A DNA stretch of 64,000 nt from Octopus sinensis (GCF_006345805.1 NC_043003.1:31372001-31436000); one strand, 5' to 3'. Counted from the stretch's first letter, positions 23,741 through 37,619 are shown. A program made the numbers and translations. Notes: a model not told the origin generated them from the sequence alone.

Positions 23741-24239
23741 GTACGTATGTATTTATGTATTATAGCTATGCATGTATACACATACATACATACATACATA
23801 CATGAGGTTTCTGTGTCTAACAATCTCCTCTCGAAAAAAGTACTGGTCAATCTGCAGTTACTCTTACTCAAAGAGATTTGCATTGTGGTTAAACCCGAAA
23901 CTGCCTGCTTGTGATGCAAACCTTTTGAACCGCAGTCATGCATTATTGAGAACATTGTTGCTACATCAAGAATCCTATTGTAAGACAAATTTAATCAAAT
24001 CTCCCTGGAAGATCGACAAAACAATGAACCAAATACAATAAGAACTTCTCTCATCTTCGTTAGAAACAGAACAGAAGATGCAGTGCTCACATTGTTTGAA
24101 CTTCCATAAACAGACATGTCACCAGGTGATGAGGACAGCTGTTACTTGAAATAGATCAAAGACATTTCTTCTTGTGTATTGCGATGTTATATGTAGCTGT
24201 TCTTATAAACTTATTTTCGTGATTGTAGTTTAACGATGC

Positions 24240-24390
24240 TCTTGTTGTTGTTGTTGCTGTTGGTATTGCTTTTCCTAATGTTGTTGATGTTGTGGTTGTT
24301 TTTGCCGTTATTATTGGTAGATTTCCTTTTTCCCCCCTTCCATCCTCTTTTCGTTCTTGTTCTGTTTTGACTGCATCTTTTTCTTCCAGC

Positions 24391-24433
<43 letters not shown>

Positions 24434-24545
24434 CTTCTTCTTCTTCTTCTTCTTCTTCTTCTTCTCTTCTTCTTCTTCTTCTCCGTCTTCTTCGTCATTG
24501 TTGTCGCCGTCGTCTCATCATCATCATCATCAGCATCACCTTCTT
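24240..24545. repeat. Compound trinucleotide microsatellite (GTT/CTT/CAT)n
   Basis: Directly visible. Confidence 0.9.
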
Positions 24546-25695
24546 CCTCTTAGTAAAAATTGAGATGAGTTACTTCTAGCCACATTGTGTATGCGCGCAT
24601 GTGTGTGTGAGTGTGTGCCCGCACGCGTGTTTATAAACATATGAAGAACACACTCGCAAAGTTATTGACAGATAGATTGACGCACAGACTGATGTGCATT
24701 TGTGTTAATGCGTACACAATAAAATGCATAAACATACACGAACATTACAAGCATACATGTGTGCTTGTACGTCAGGTTTTGTATCTGTTTATGCATGCAT
24801 ACTATACATTCATGTGTAAGAATATATTTGAGTGTCTTCGTGTACATATATACGTATACTAGAAAACGTACCCATCATTTGGACGGTTTAAGTTACAGTG
24901 GTGGTATTTCTTCACCAAATAATTGAACTACCGAAAAGGTTTATGAGTAGCACGGCAGTCTATGTTTCCGACTAACCTAGGAACAGAAAATAACATTGAA
25001 GGCTGGCTATTGTGGAGGTCGTTGCACATTAATGATCATAGAACATATAAGTTTGCCAGCAATGCGAAGTAGAGCTACTGAAGCATTTCGGGAGTAGATT
25101 ACGGATAATGACTACAAAATATAGTTGTTCTACATGAAAACGAAATTTCTTGTCAGAAACAGTCACATAAACGGTGTAATAAAATTGAAGGAAGACGTTG
25201 AAACCTTCCCTCTGCGGGGTTTATTTCTTTCAACATGAAAGGGAGCTATTTTATCGGAGAGATAAGCTAACAAAAGCCCCTTTATTCTGTCTTCCCACAC
25301 AGCCTGCGTAAAACTAACAGCGAATCCTGCATAAAGATGCTCCTCCATAATACAAACATGATACATAGTTACATAACACACACACACACACACACACACA
25401 GAGACATGCACACACAAGGAGACAGAGGCGCATACATATACAAACACATGCTCACAGACACGTACATAGAAAATGCACAGACACGGACATGCAAGCACAT
25501 AAATATGCAGCATACGTATATAAAGATGCACACACATACATATATACATATAAATACACACATATATACATACACATGCAAACACACACATACATACATA
25601 CGTACGAGCCCTACTTTTATATCCCTGAATAGATTGTGTAGAAATAAATATGTATTTATAAACAAAGAATATAGTCATGTTTATTTTTGCATATA

Positions 25696-25858
25696 CTGTA
25701 TTTTAACGTGTACAAGGAACCCCCTAATTTTGGGGGCTTAAAATTTGGTAAGAGAAGGTTTTGTAATGGATTATAATACTATCCATGTATAAGAAACTCC
25801 CATATTTTTTAACCTAATTTTTGACAAAAAAGGATTCCTCATACATGTTAAAATACGG
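25696..25858. mobile_element. Tc1/pogo-type MITE
   Basis: ~27-bp imperfect TIRs (CTGTATTTTAACGTGTAC..GGAA / TTCCTCATACATGTTAAAATACGG) with TA on both sides. Confidence 0.7.
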
Positions 25859-25967
25859 TACTTAGTATGTATGTACACACAAACACATACATGTATGTAT
25901 ATATACATGCATACATATATATTTATACACACCAGCTTCATTAAGTAAGAAATAACTCTCTCTCTCT

Positions 25968-26032
<65 letters not shown>

Positions 26033-26170
26033 ACTTATAAACAAGGGCAAAAGAAAAAATTTCTAATGCCAATATGCCGAAAACAGACACATCGTCAATA
26101 ACTATATAATTCATCACTATAAGGACGCGTCTTGAAGTAAGCCGACAGAAATTACTAAAAAAATCCGTTA

Positions 26171-26231
26171 TTATCATATCGGACCCGATTTCTGAGTTAA
26201 TTCATAAAAACCTTCTCTTCGTCAGTGATAA
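26171..26231 (-). ncRNA. Type I hammerhead ribozyme motif with canonical core
   Basis: ttatca-CTGACGA-a-gag(18 nt)ctc-a-GAAA-tcg(ggtc)cga-TA-tgataa; perfect 6-bp helix I, 4-bp helix III, short helix II. Confidence 0.7.
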
Positions 26232-26454
26232 ATGCGGCAAAGCAATAAATGAAATACTTACTTAAACCCATGGAAGAAGGAAACACTAAGTCATGAGCAC
26301 AATTAAGTACCCCAAATATATCCAAAATAGAAATTCTCCAGTAGGCCTGGGGTACTTAATTGTGCTCATGACTTAGTTTTTGCTTCTTCCATGGGTATAA
26401 GTAAGTATTTCATTTATTTATTTGCCGCATGTATCACTGACGAAGAGAGAAGGT
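26210..26454. repeat. Fold-back with ~105-bp arms and 33-nt loop, overlapping the hammerhead
   Basis: 26210-26314 is the reverse complement of 26348-26454. Confidence 0.9.
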
Positions 26455-27391
26455 GGCTGAAATCTCTGCCACCACGACTCCCTCCGTGGACAGAGAAGAT
26501 ATATGCATGCATGTATGTATGTATGTATGTATGTATGTATGTATGTATGTATGTATGTATGTAGGTAGGTATGCATGCATGTATGTATGAGTGGATAGAT
26601 GGATGGATGGATGGATGCATGGATGGATGAATTGATATACGAATCATAGGTATGGCCGCATTGACACAGCTAAAACTAAAACCGACTGGCAGGTGATTCA
26701 TGAACTCACTAGTGCTGCAATATGAGCGTTGTAAAGACAAACACTTTTTAATGGTCCAGTTTCCATTGATTTATAACGCACAAAACTAAAGAGCAGGAGT
26801 ACTACATATTTTAAGTCCTTCCACATTCTTTAGTGGTTCTCCACTGACTTCATCACTACTAACTACATCGTTCTTATTTACTACAGGAATATGTTTAAAC
26901 TGAGTGAAGAAAGAGTTAAAGAGATTGGCATAAGAGCGAGTGTGTATGTACTCGTGTAACATACACATGATGATGATGACGATGGGAGGATGACGACGAT
27001 GACGACAATAATGATGATGATGATTGATTGGGCGTCTTCAGAGGCTTTATATATTTTTTAATTTAGTAAGAATTTACGTCTTTCAATGAAGAACTGGTGT
27101 CGCTAAAGGCCGCCAAACTCATTGATTACAAAATGTTTCCTGGAATGTCGATATCTTTATAATATATATTTAGTAACAAAATTGGTGTCTAAACAATTTC
27201 ACATAGATTTTGCATGCCATATAACATATGTACAGGAGGAACAATCGATGTAAATGTTAGAAATAAAATATATATCAAATATACGCTTCGTATGAAATCA
27301 AAAGTGGAAAAAAAGTCAAAAAACGAAAACTATACGTGAAAACTTCCATGAGGAGACAGGGGAAGAAGGAGAGGTAAAGAGAGGCGGAAAT

Positions 27392-27447
<56 letters not shown>

Positions 27448-27692
27448 GGAGAGAGAGGAGAGAGAGGGAGAGAGAGATAGAGTGAATGCGAGGGTGAAAG
27501 AGTGAGTAAAAAGAGGAGGAGAGCGATCGAAACTTTTCGATTTTCTTTGCAATGAAACCACAGCTAGACAAACACATACATAACAGTATAAAATTGTACA
27601 TAAATATTCTTGCACATAAATAAACACTGTCTTTTATCAATGAGTCTGTTCTATAAAGCACACACATAAACACTCATATATACACATACATA

Positions 27693-27734
<42 letters not shown>

Positions 27735-27737
27735 ATA

Positions 27738-27779
<42 letters not shown>

Positions 27780-28276
27780 CGGTGGTACAAAGAAAAGAAT
27801 AGAAGTCGATATTCAACTCAGAGAATATATATTTCTTGATCATTTAGCTGTAAATTTTGATAAGTAACTCAAAGGCTAAGCGGCTGGTTCAATTATCAAA
27901 CGTTTGATTGGTACACAATATTCAGAGTATTGCGTCACTTACGTAAATTTTAGAGTTACACTGATATAAAAATACACACATATATCTAGAAACATACACA
28001 CAAACCATATACTACAACTGCATACACAGATACACATTTAAAGAGAGAGAATACTAGAATGAGAGCGGGAGAGACGGAGAAGAAAAACTGTTCCAGTTAT
28101 TTCAGTTCTGAGATCAAGTCACGATGTCGACAACTTTGCTTTTCAGTTCTTATGGGTCGCTAAAATAAAATACCAATCTAGCATTGAGAGTTGATCCCCT
28201 CAAAACTCATGACCTCCTGCTTGAATCAGAAATACTTATAAAATATATTTGAATTTATATGTATATTACGCATGAT

Positions 28277-28347
<71 letters not shown>

Positions 28348-28356
28348 ATGTATATA

Positions 28357-28390
<34 letters not shown>

Positions 28391-28397
<7 letters not shown>

Positions 28398-28997
28398 AAT
28401 TAAGGACTGCACACGAAAAGTGGACAGTCAACATGCTAGATATAGACGTCAAATCGCCATTCTCCACAAAAAAGTTTATGTTCTCAGACCAAACTCAACA
28501 AAACCAAAGTAATAAACAAGTGAAAAATATACGAAATAAATACTTACCCATGTACTAAATTTAGTTTCAGCTGTTATTTTCCGCAAGGAAAAGTGCAGCA
28601 TCATCAGCATGGTCCCATATAAAATGTAATTTGCTGGACTAAATGCCAACACGACACCAAAATATCGCGTGCATGGAGTCCGGCCTATTACATTTGAAAT
28701 ATATATTTCAAATGCCACCACTTTTGGCGCGATGATTTAGTACATGGGTAAATATTTATTTCGTATATTTTTCACTTGTTTATTACTTTGGTTTTGTTGA
28801 GTTTGATCTGAGAACATAAACTTTTTTGTGGAGAATGGCGATTTGACGTCTATATCTAGCATGTTGACTGTCCACTTTTCGTGTGCAGTCCTTAATTGGT
28901 ATATATAAATATTTTAATCTTCGGATTCTTTTTTAATATGCTAGACCACTGGTTCTAATTGATAAATATCAATTTTTACCCTAAATTTAATTTTATA
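28391..28997. mobile_element. Penelope-like fold-back element related to 13430-13993
   Basis: ~170-bp arms (28391-28560 / 28735-28905); same unique extension; (TA)n flanks. Confidence 0.85.
28548..28612 (-). ncRNA. Type I hammerhead motif with palindromic helix III
   Basis: ccatg-CTGATGA-t-gctg..ttttcc(ttgc)ggaaaa..cagc-t-GAAA-CTAAATTTAG-TA-catgg. Confidence 0.7.
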
Positions 28998-29012
28998 TAT
29001 ATATATATATAT

Positions 29013-29197
29013 CAGTGGTTTTCAACCAGGGTTCCGCCAGTATAGTCCAGGGGTTCCGCAAGAAGTTACAAAACTGCTAAAATCGGCACTAATTTTTATT
29101 TCTCCTAAGCAGATATTAAATTATTGCACAGGGGTTCCTCGAGCCAGTGGAATGTTTCCTTGGGGTTCCGCTCCAGCAAAAAGGTCGAAAAGCACTG
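29013..29197. mobile_element. hAT-type MITE
   Basis: TIRs CAGTGGTTTTCAACC / GGTCGAAAAGCACTG; 8-bp ATATATAT on both sides. Confidence 0.8.
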
Positions 29198-29610
29198 ATA
29201 TATATATATATATACACACTTGCTCTTATGTATATATATATATATATATATATCGAGGAGAAACAAGAGAAAAAGAGAGTGTAGAGGGAGAGCGAGAGAG
29301 ACACACAGAAGCGTATATAGATATATATGCTACATACAAAAGTGAATGTATATTTTATCTTCTAATGTACTTAAGCGATATCCTGATGTATTGATTCAAA
29401 TAGATCTAAAGATGCGTGTAGGAGTGGTTGTTTCTGTGTGCGGCGTCGTATAAATATATTATTCATTGAAGGTCACATGTACCATAAATACGATGTGCGT
29501 GATGATGCGTCTGCGGGGAAACAAGTTTCAATAGTGTTTGATGTAATAAAATTTGATCTGTTATGTGTGTTTTGTGACTGTGTGTGTGTATGCATGTATG
29601 TAGTATCTAG

Positions 29611-29666
<56 letters not shown>

Positions 29667-29716
29667 CATACACACACATACATATGAATATACACATGTA
29701 TACATATATGTATAGA

Positions 29717-30608
29717 CGAGGACTGATCAATAAGTATCCAGACTGTTGTCATACTAACGAAGCTAACCAAGCAGGGTGAAGCCACTTGGCACAGATTGAC
29801 CCTGACCTCTGCCGTGCATGCGCACTAAGTTTTAACATTCTAGCTCACTTCCGCTGTTTAAACCAGTGCTTGGAAGGAACATGTGTAGCGTGTGATCGTC
29901 GCATTGACCAGGACAGAGAAAGTTGTCATGGTGATACCTGCTTAGAGGCTTACGAAATGTTGCAGAAAGTGTATAGGAACGAATGTATAAGCTGCACACA
30001 AGTGTACAAGTGTATCAGACGTTTCCAAGATGGCCGAAAAATGTCGATATTGACGAACATTCTGAGAGTCCCGCAAGCAGCAGAACTGAGAAAGGCATCG
30101 CAGATGTGCGTGCAGCTGTGTGGGGAAATAATCGAATCGCAGTCCGTAAATTATCTGAGGATGTCCAGATTAGTTACAATTCAGTTCAGTCCATTATCAC
30201 TGAAGATTTGGGTATGAGACGCGTATCTGGCAAGTTTGTGCTCAAAGTGCTTTCAGCTGAGCAAAAAGACACTCGAGTTTCAGTTGAGCAAGATCTTCTT
30301 GATTGTGTCGAAAAGGATAAAAACATTTTGGAAACTTTGCGTAGGCCTCTGAGAAGGTATAGCCAAGCTTTTGGCAAAGTGTGATGCAGATTCTCTGCTC
30401 AACTTTCTCTGTTATGGTCAATGCGACGATCACACGCTACACAACTTCCTTCCAAGTACTGCTGTAAACGGCGGAAGTGATTTAGAAGTTAAAAGTTAGT
30501 GCACATGCACTGCAGAGTTCAAAGTCAATCTGTGCCAAGTAACTTTAATTTGCGTGTTTTAGCTTCGTTACTCTGGCAACAGTCCAGATACTTATTGATC
30601 AGACCACA
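29717..30608 (+). mobile_element. Non-autonomous mariner derivative (two 5' ends head to head)
   Basis: ~210-bp inverted ends; relic HTH region RTEKGIADVRAAV..LSEDVQISYNSVQSIITEDLGMRRVSGKFV; no catalytic domain. Confidence 0.85.
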
Positions 30609-30646
30609 TATATACACATCTATAATCAGATAAGAGATACACACAC

Positions 30647-30795
<149 letters not shown>

Positions 30796-31149
30796 CATAT
30801 ATATGAACATACACGGGTATACATATACATATATAACCTAAACCTAAATGCTGGAGTTCTAATAGATTCAAAAATTCAACAACAGAGGACTCACAAATTC
30901 CAATAAAATGAAATATCATAGACAAAGAGAAACTGAACCTAAACTGAACCTATTGATATAATTTATGCATTGCAGAAAAATTCCCCACACCTAACGACAA
31001 CAAGAAATAGATGAGATAAAACATCATGCATACATCTCACAGGTAAAGAGTAAATAGCAGCACTTAAGTGACTCTAAACCGAATCAGTCTGCAGTGAATA
31101 CTTCAGCATGTTATTTCGTTGGTTAGCATTATATTTAAAAGGCAATTCC

Positions 31150-31960
31150 CTGTGTTATTTGAGCGTCGGGCAAAATTTGACAGTTTGTATAAAGGGGGAA
31201 AAAACGGCATATTGTTTTTTTTTTAAATCAAAAACCAAACTAGATTATGGCCGGAAGAGAGGTTTATTCAAAGAAGCTGTCCTCAGCTTCCAACGCGCCC
31301 TCACAACGGTTCCAGAACCTGACGTATGAGTTCCTTACTATGTCTTTCCGAACACCTCTTGCATATTGGTCTGCAGCTCAACCGTGGTGCTACAAACAGC
31401 GGTTGACGTCTCAACCGCGACCCACACATAGTAATCTATGGGATTAAAAACGGGGATATTAGGACGCTAGAAACTGCGGTTAGTGAAGTCGAAGAAATTC
31501 TCGGACAAGAAATACTGACTCTTTCCGGAAGTATGACAAGGAGCCAAATTAGGCTGCCACACATATGACCTCCTAGCAGCAACCCTCTCCAGCCAGAGAT
31601 TAACCAGTCTAGTTTCACATAGCCATCTGAATTGTGTTTAAGGCCTTGTGTAAAGATGTGTAGGTGAATCCCCGAGTGTGGGTGCATCCAGAACGCTTGT
31701 CGTGTCCTTTCCTACTGACTACGGCTTCGCAGTTTCCGTTGCAGCTGTCCACGTCCTGTCTTACAGCCTTTACAGTATTCAGAGAGCATCGAGCCGCAGT
31801 CATAATGCTGGTATTTTGATACCCAGGATAAAACATCGTGATACAAGTAACTGCCCCAGTACTCAGATGACTTCTCGTCCTTCATCTCAACTACCCCTTT
31901 CACAGCAACAACTTTACTCCTTATGCTCTCCAACGTTGACAGTTTATGAATATACGAAGT
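31150..31960 (-). mobile_element. Internally deleted maT/DD37D-like transposase relic
   Basis: Manual translation: LERVAARRSYVWQPNLAPCHTSGKSQYFLSENFFDF..PNIPVFNPIDYYVWVAVE, preceded by an N-terminal HTH-like relic. Confidence 0.7.
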
Positions 31961-31964
31961 AGCA

Positions 31965-32521
31965 ATACTCAGACGCGCGCTAATACTCAGACGGGCTCGA
32001 TATGAATCACGACTATAAGATACCCGAATTTGGTTAAACTGCACCGCAAAATGTGGGAGTAGTTAGGAATCTAAATCGAAGGGGACAGACACTCACACAA
32101 CTGGATGGATGGAAGCACTCCGTCGGTCACGACGACGACGAGGGTTCCGGTTGATCCGAATCAACGGAACAGCCTGCTCGTGAAATTAACGTGTAAGTGG
32201 CTGAGCACTCCACAGACACGTGTACCCTTAACGTAGTTCTCGGGGATATTCAGCGTGACACAGAGAGTGACAAGGCCGGCCCTTTGAAATACAGGTACAA
32301 CAGAAACAGGAAGTAAGAGTGAGAGAAAGTTGTGGTGAAAGAGTACAGCAGGGATCACCACCATCCCTGCCGGAGCCTCGTGGAGCTTTAGGTGTTTTCG
32401 CTCAATAAACACTCACAACGCCCGGTCTGGGAATCGAAATCGCGATCCTACGACCGCGAGTCCGTTTCCCTAACCACTGGGCCATTGCGCCTCCACCCTC
32501 ACACAGTTTTATATATAGAGA
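31965..32521 (-). mobile_element. Helitron 5' part interrupted by a SINE
   Basis: A|TC start at 32521; 31965-32100 matches the reverse complement of 2305-2430. Confidence 0.75.
32103..32497 (-). mobile_element. tRNA-derived SINE family C, full length, (TCCA)n tail
   Basis: A box TGGCCCAGTGG, B box GATTTCGATTCCC; candidate TSD CTCACACA at 32092 and 32498. Confidence 0.85.
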
Positions 32522-32597
32522 TTTTGTAGATGGTGTGATTTTATTATTCATGTTGAATTGATAAAAGGTGTTTTTTTTCTAATATTTTATATGTATG

Positions 32598-32638
<41 letters not shown>

Positions 32639-33150
32639 CTGTGTGTGTTGTGTGTGTGTGTGTGTGTGTGCGAGTGCGCGCGTGTGTACATGCACATATA
32701 GAAAGTTCGGGCTAATTTACGCCTCTTTTTTCAGGAATTGCTACTTTGTATATTCATAAATTTTTTTTTATGTTATTCATTTTGAATTGATAAAAGGTGT
32801 TTTTTTAAAATATTTTATATATATTATATTGTGGAATTCGATTTAGTATTTCTAAATTGAATTCTTTTTCCTTGTAAGTTTGGATTTTATTCCCTCAAAT
32901 AATAATTATTATATACATACATATATACATACATAACGCACGCGCACACACAAACTTGCACACATACACACTCACACACACATATATATGGTGATGCATG
33001 TATAATACTCTTGAAGATATGTAAACAAACGATTTATATGTATCAGTTTATCTATCTATATATCTATATCTATGTGTCTTCCTATCTACCTATCATTATA
33101 TATTTATATGTCTATAAACATATATATATATATAAATATATATATATGTA

Positions 33151-33208
<58 letters not shown>

Positions 33209-33802
33209 TGTGTGTGTGTGTGTGTTCGTGTATATGTATGTAATGAACGTATGTGCCAGTGTGTATTTGTTTGTTTATAGGACGAACGTAATAGAGCTAA
33301 TTGTTTGACCTTTCATTATCAGTTGTGTACATCGATGGGTGATTAGCGCCTATTCACTTCAGAAAATTGCCTACCACTATACTAGAAATTTGGTAGCATA
33401 TAAACTGGGCAAGGCATAATAACGAACATCCTTTCAATTACAGACCTCTTGTTGTGTAGTCCAAGGACGGTAATCTTCGAACAAACTTGTGATCAAAAGC
33501 ATTTTACTGTGTATATACCGCCACAGTTTATTATCTGAAATACATTTTTGTATCTAGATCTGAGTTATAGATTGTGATCTAATTTTTGAAAAAGTTGGAT
33601 ATAATATTTTAGGAAGATTTAGTCGATCGAATATTATTATTGTTTCTCCATTGTTCCTAGTGATAATGATATTAACTAAACATGTAGCAAAAATCAACAC
33701 GTATCGCGAACCTGACGTTACGCAAACTGAACATCGTGGAACAGTTGCAATAAAATAATCTACTTATGTACTAAGCTTTTTCTACCATTTTCCTCACCCG
33801 AC

Positions 33803-33837
<35 letters not shown>

Positions 33838-33959
33838 GTATTTCCCTACCCGTCGTGATTTCGTTGATATTACACTTTTAGTCCTATCCATCTGTCCTAC
33901 TAGTTTTTACCTGTTAATATAAATTATAAAAAAGAAAATTATTTCCAAAATATATCACG

Positions 33960-34157
33960 AGCGCAGGTGTGGTTCTGTTATAAGAAACCTGTTTTGTTTC
34001 CAAACTACATGGTTCCAGGTTCGGTCCCACTGCGTGGCATTTTGAGACAGTGTCTTCTGCTAGAACGTTGGGCTGACCAAACCTTGTGAGTGGATTACGT
34101 AGACAGAAACTCAAAAGAAGCCCAGCGTAGGTGTGTGTGTGTGTGTGTCTGGTTCTG

Positions 34158-34200
<43 letters not shown>

Positions 34201-34224
34201 TGTGTGTGTATGTGTGTGTCTTAT

Positions 34225-34299
<75 letters not shown>

Positions 34300-34530
34300 A
34301 TATATACATATATACATATATGTGTGTTTGTGTCTGTGATTGTCTCCCATTACCGCTTGATAACTGGTGTTCTTTGTTACGTCCAGGCGATTTAGCAGTT
34401 CGGCCAAAGACTGATAAAATAGGCTTTAAAACAATAAGTACTAGGATCGAATTGTTCGACTAAAAATTCATCAAAGTGGTGCCTCAGCATGGTCGTAGTC
34501 TAATAACTGAAACAAGTAAACGTATAAAGA
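33960..34530 (+). mobile_element. SINE family A with an expanded internal microsatellite
   Basis: Head, core and tail are colinear with 9889-10300. Confidence 0.75.
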
Positions 34531-35367
34531 ATAGAATATTTACCACACGTATTCTCGGCGCGTATTCTGATGTATTATAGCTACTCCTATTTTCTAGAGA
34601 GTCGGCATCATCTTATAAAATTTATTTCATATATCAGCCAGAATTATTGGCTAATAAATAAAGGCTGGCTAAAAATATGCGTTTGCTCATAAATTCTCAT
34701 TCAAATTTCAAATGACGTTAGACCAAAGTCAAATTTCTAGCACAGCTAGCATATCAACGTTCTAACACTGTTTTTGACAAAATCTTTTACAATCAGCACT
34801 AATTCACGAACAGGACAGCGAATTTCACTCAGTCGCGAGACCAGTTCACTGGTACCTTCCACAGCCTAGTATCTTGCACAGTACAGTATTAATAAACTTG
34901 TATAATTTATAGTAGTGTACAAGTATCTGTACTTAATTTAATTCAGTAAATCAATATCTGTTTACTTTATGGCGGCAAGTGGGAGAAATCGTTAGCATAC
35001 TTAGCGGCATTCCATCTGTCTTTACGTTCAAAACCGAAATGACCATCTAACAAAACCAAATTTCAAGTAGTAGTATTTGTGATATAACCGTAAATATTCG
35101 ATACAGATGTCTACTTTCCTTGAACAGTAGTGTTTCTCATGCATTTTACATTTTCTCCTCAGTTCCTTTTTAAATAACACCTTTTCAGCGCCCTTTTTAT
35201 ACGATGTAACGGTGTCTTCCATTTTTAACGTACATTGGAATTATAAGTCATCGGAATAATTTACTTCCGGGTTGTAGCACGGATGGCTATTTACCAAAGC
35301 AACATCCTGCCACAAGGTGATTAACATAAGCATTGGTGGTCTATATTATGCTTTGCTTATTCTGTAC

Positions 35368-35525
35368 TAGGCGTGGCAGTGGGATCAAGAAGCGCGTTTT
35401 GTAACCTTGTAGTTTCAGGTTCAGTCCCACTGCGTGGCACATTGGACAAGTGTCTCCTACTATAACTGCAGGCAGACTAATGTCTTTTGAGTGAGTTAAA
35501 TAGACAGAAACTGTGTGGAAACGCG
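35368..35525 (+). mobile_element. SINE family A, 5' part
   Basis: GGTTCAGTCCCACTGCGTGGCAC..GGACAAGTGTCT. Confidence 0.7.
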
Positions 35526-35948
35526 TTGTTGTTGTAAGAAACTTGCTTCCGGTATAGCGTTTGTCAGTTGGATTGTTGGTTTTGTTTGTTATTTAAATCC
35601 CCCTCTAACCCCCACCCGTTAAAAATGTTTTTTAATTCGTGGTTTTAAAATACAGTCTAAATCTACCATTTGTTTCTCTTTATGATATCCAACTAATTTT
35701 TTAAATACTTTAAAATCTAAATTGCTTAAATATGTGTACCAGAAACTGTAGCTAAAAATTAAAGAAATAGATTTTCTGGGAGATTTCTTACTATGACAGA
35801 ATTTTATTCCATTATTCTAATATCTTCTGAAACTTATACATATATGTATAAACGCATATAGAAACATATATAAATATATACACATACACACACATACATT
35901 TTTACAGAGTTAGTTTTATATACATCGTGGTATATATATACGCTCACG

Positions 35949-35986
<38 letters not shown>

Positions 35987-36138
35987 CACACATATATATA
36001 TATATATATATACACATATATATATATATACACACATATATATATATATATATATTTATACACACACACACATATATATATACAGGTGCTTACAATTATA
36101 TATATATATATATATATTTATACACACACACACACACA

Positions 36139-36189
<51 letters not shown>

Positions 36190-36345
36190 TATTACGTATA
36201 TGATTTTAGCATTTTGAAGATCAGTTCGGCAATTTCCATCATCTACCGACTGAAACTGCGCTTGCGCGGTGAATTTGAAAAATTATAGCATATAATGATG
36301 GGACGCGTGTTATTTGTCTCTAAATAATGTTAATGTTATGGCGCG

Positions 36346-36410
36346 GTTACTGATGAGAATTTCGCCTAGCAAATTGTTTTATTTGCTTAATAACATTCGA
36401 AACGTAGGTA
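36346..36410 (+). ncRNA. Hammerhead motif with canonical core but broken helix I
   Basis: CTGATGA-gaat..agcaaat(6 nt)atttgct..attc-GAAAC-GTA, inside a (TA)n-flanked ~360-bp fragment. Confidence 0.5.
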
Positions 36411-36557
36411 TAATCGTAAAAAATAACAAGGTAAAACTTTTTATTTTTCATTCCCTTGGAAATTGTTCTTAAATGTGTTTTCGGTCGTTTTGACTGCTTC
36501 TTCTAGCGTGTAAAACTACCTGTTAAAGGTATTTTATCTTGTATTTAAATGTACTCT

Positions 36558-36614
<57 letters not shown>

Positions 36615-36616
<2 letters not shown>

Positions 36617-36760
36617 GCAGAGGGCGTAATTTTGTTTCTGTCGACTAAATCCACTTAAAAGGCCTTGGTCGTCCGGGGTTATGGTGGAAACCACTTGTTT
36701 AATATGCTAAATAGTAGAACTGAAGCGGAAACCATGCAGTCGTGGAGCAAGGTTCTTACC
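36615..36760 (-). mobile_element. SINE family A, degenerate
   Basis: AAATCCACTTAAAAGGCCTTGGTCG..GAACTGAAGCGGAAACCATG matches the reverse-strand head and core. Confidence 0.5.
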
Positions 36761-37616
36761 AGACTGCCTTGTCCGCGCTTATGTATTTGTATGAATTCAA
36801 TCCATATGCAAAAGAGAGTGATCAAATCGATGTGAAATATGGTTTGTGAAATGGTCCGTAGGGCTTCATAAATTGCTAAATATTTCATAGGGTGAATTCT
36901 CGTTTGGTCGGGAATTCTACGTAATTATAATCTAATATAATGTTGCAATTCATTTAATAGCCTCTGGAAGTTTTGTAAAAGGCTAAAATAAAAATTAAAA
37001 TTAGATGATGCTTTTAAGTTAGATGGTTTCACCTAAAATTCTGCTCAGTGTTGTGTTACGGATTACGTAGTACATCAATGACCACATCAATTGATTAATA
37101 ATGCATGAAAACATATATTTAGTCTTGCCTTGTTCTAAAGTAATTTTGCTATTAAATACCCAAAGGAGACAGTATCTGTAGTGATAGTTCTTTCACTCTT
37201 TGGTGTCTATATGTATATATTTATCGGATATTGATCATTATTTGAGTAATGTATCACATATCATAGGAAGTAATGAATTTTGCATAACACAATGTTATGT
37301 GGTTTCGTCTAAAGTAATTTAGTGGTTAACATTCTCGTGAAAGCGCATGATCTGAAAATCGAAATATCGGAATTATAACCTTCTTCGGTTATACAAAATT
37401 AATGAACTCATATCATATACACGCCATTAGATGATGTCTATAGAGAACTAAAGAAGTTAATTGGACAATGTATAACTTTGACAACATCGAAGTTAGATTA
37501 ACTAATCGCTCGAAGAATTTCAGAACTGCCACTCTAGATGTAAAGTAGAAAATACTATATTCGAAATTTAGGGCACACAAATACTCTATTCCTCCATCCG
37601 GGTCCGTCCTTCTATC

Positions 37617-37619
37617 TAC

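Noticed and set aside
23040-24160. Possible Tc1/mariner relics
   Set aside because: No TIR or clear motif could be read.
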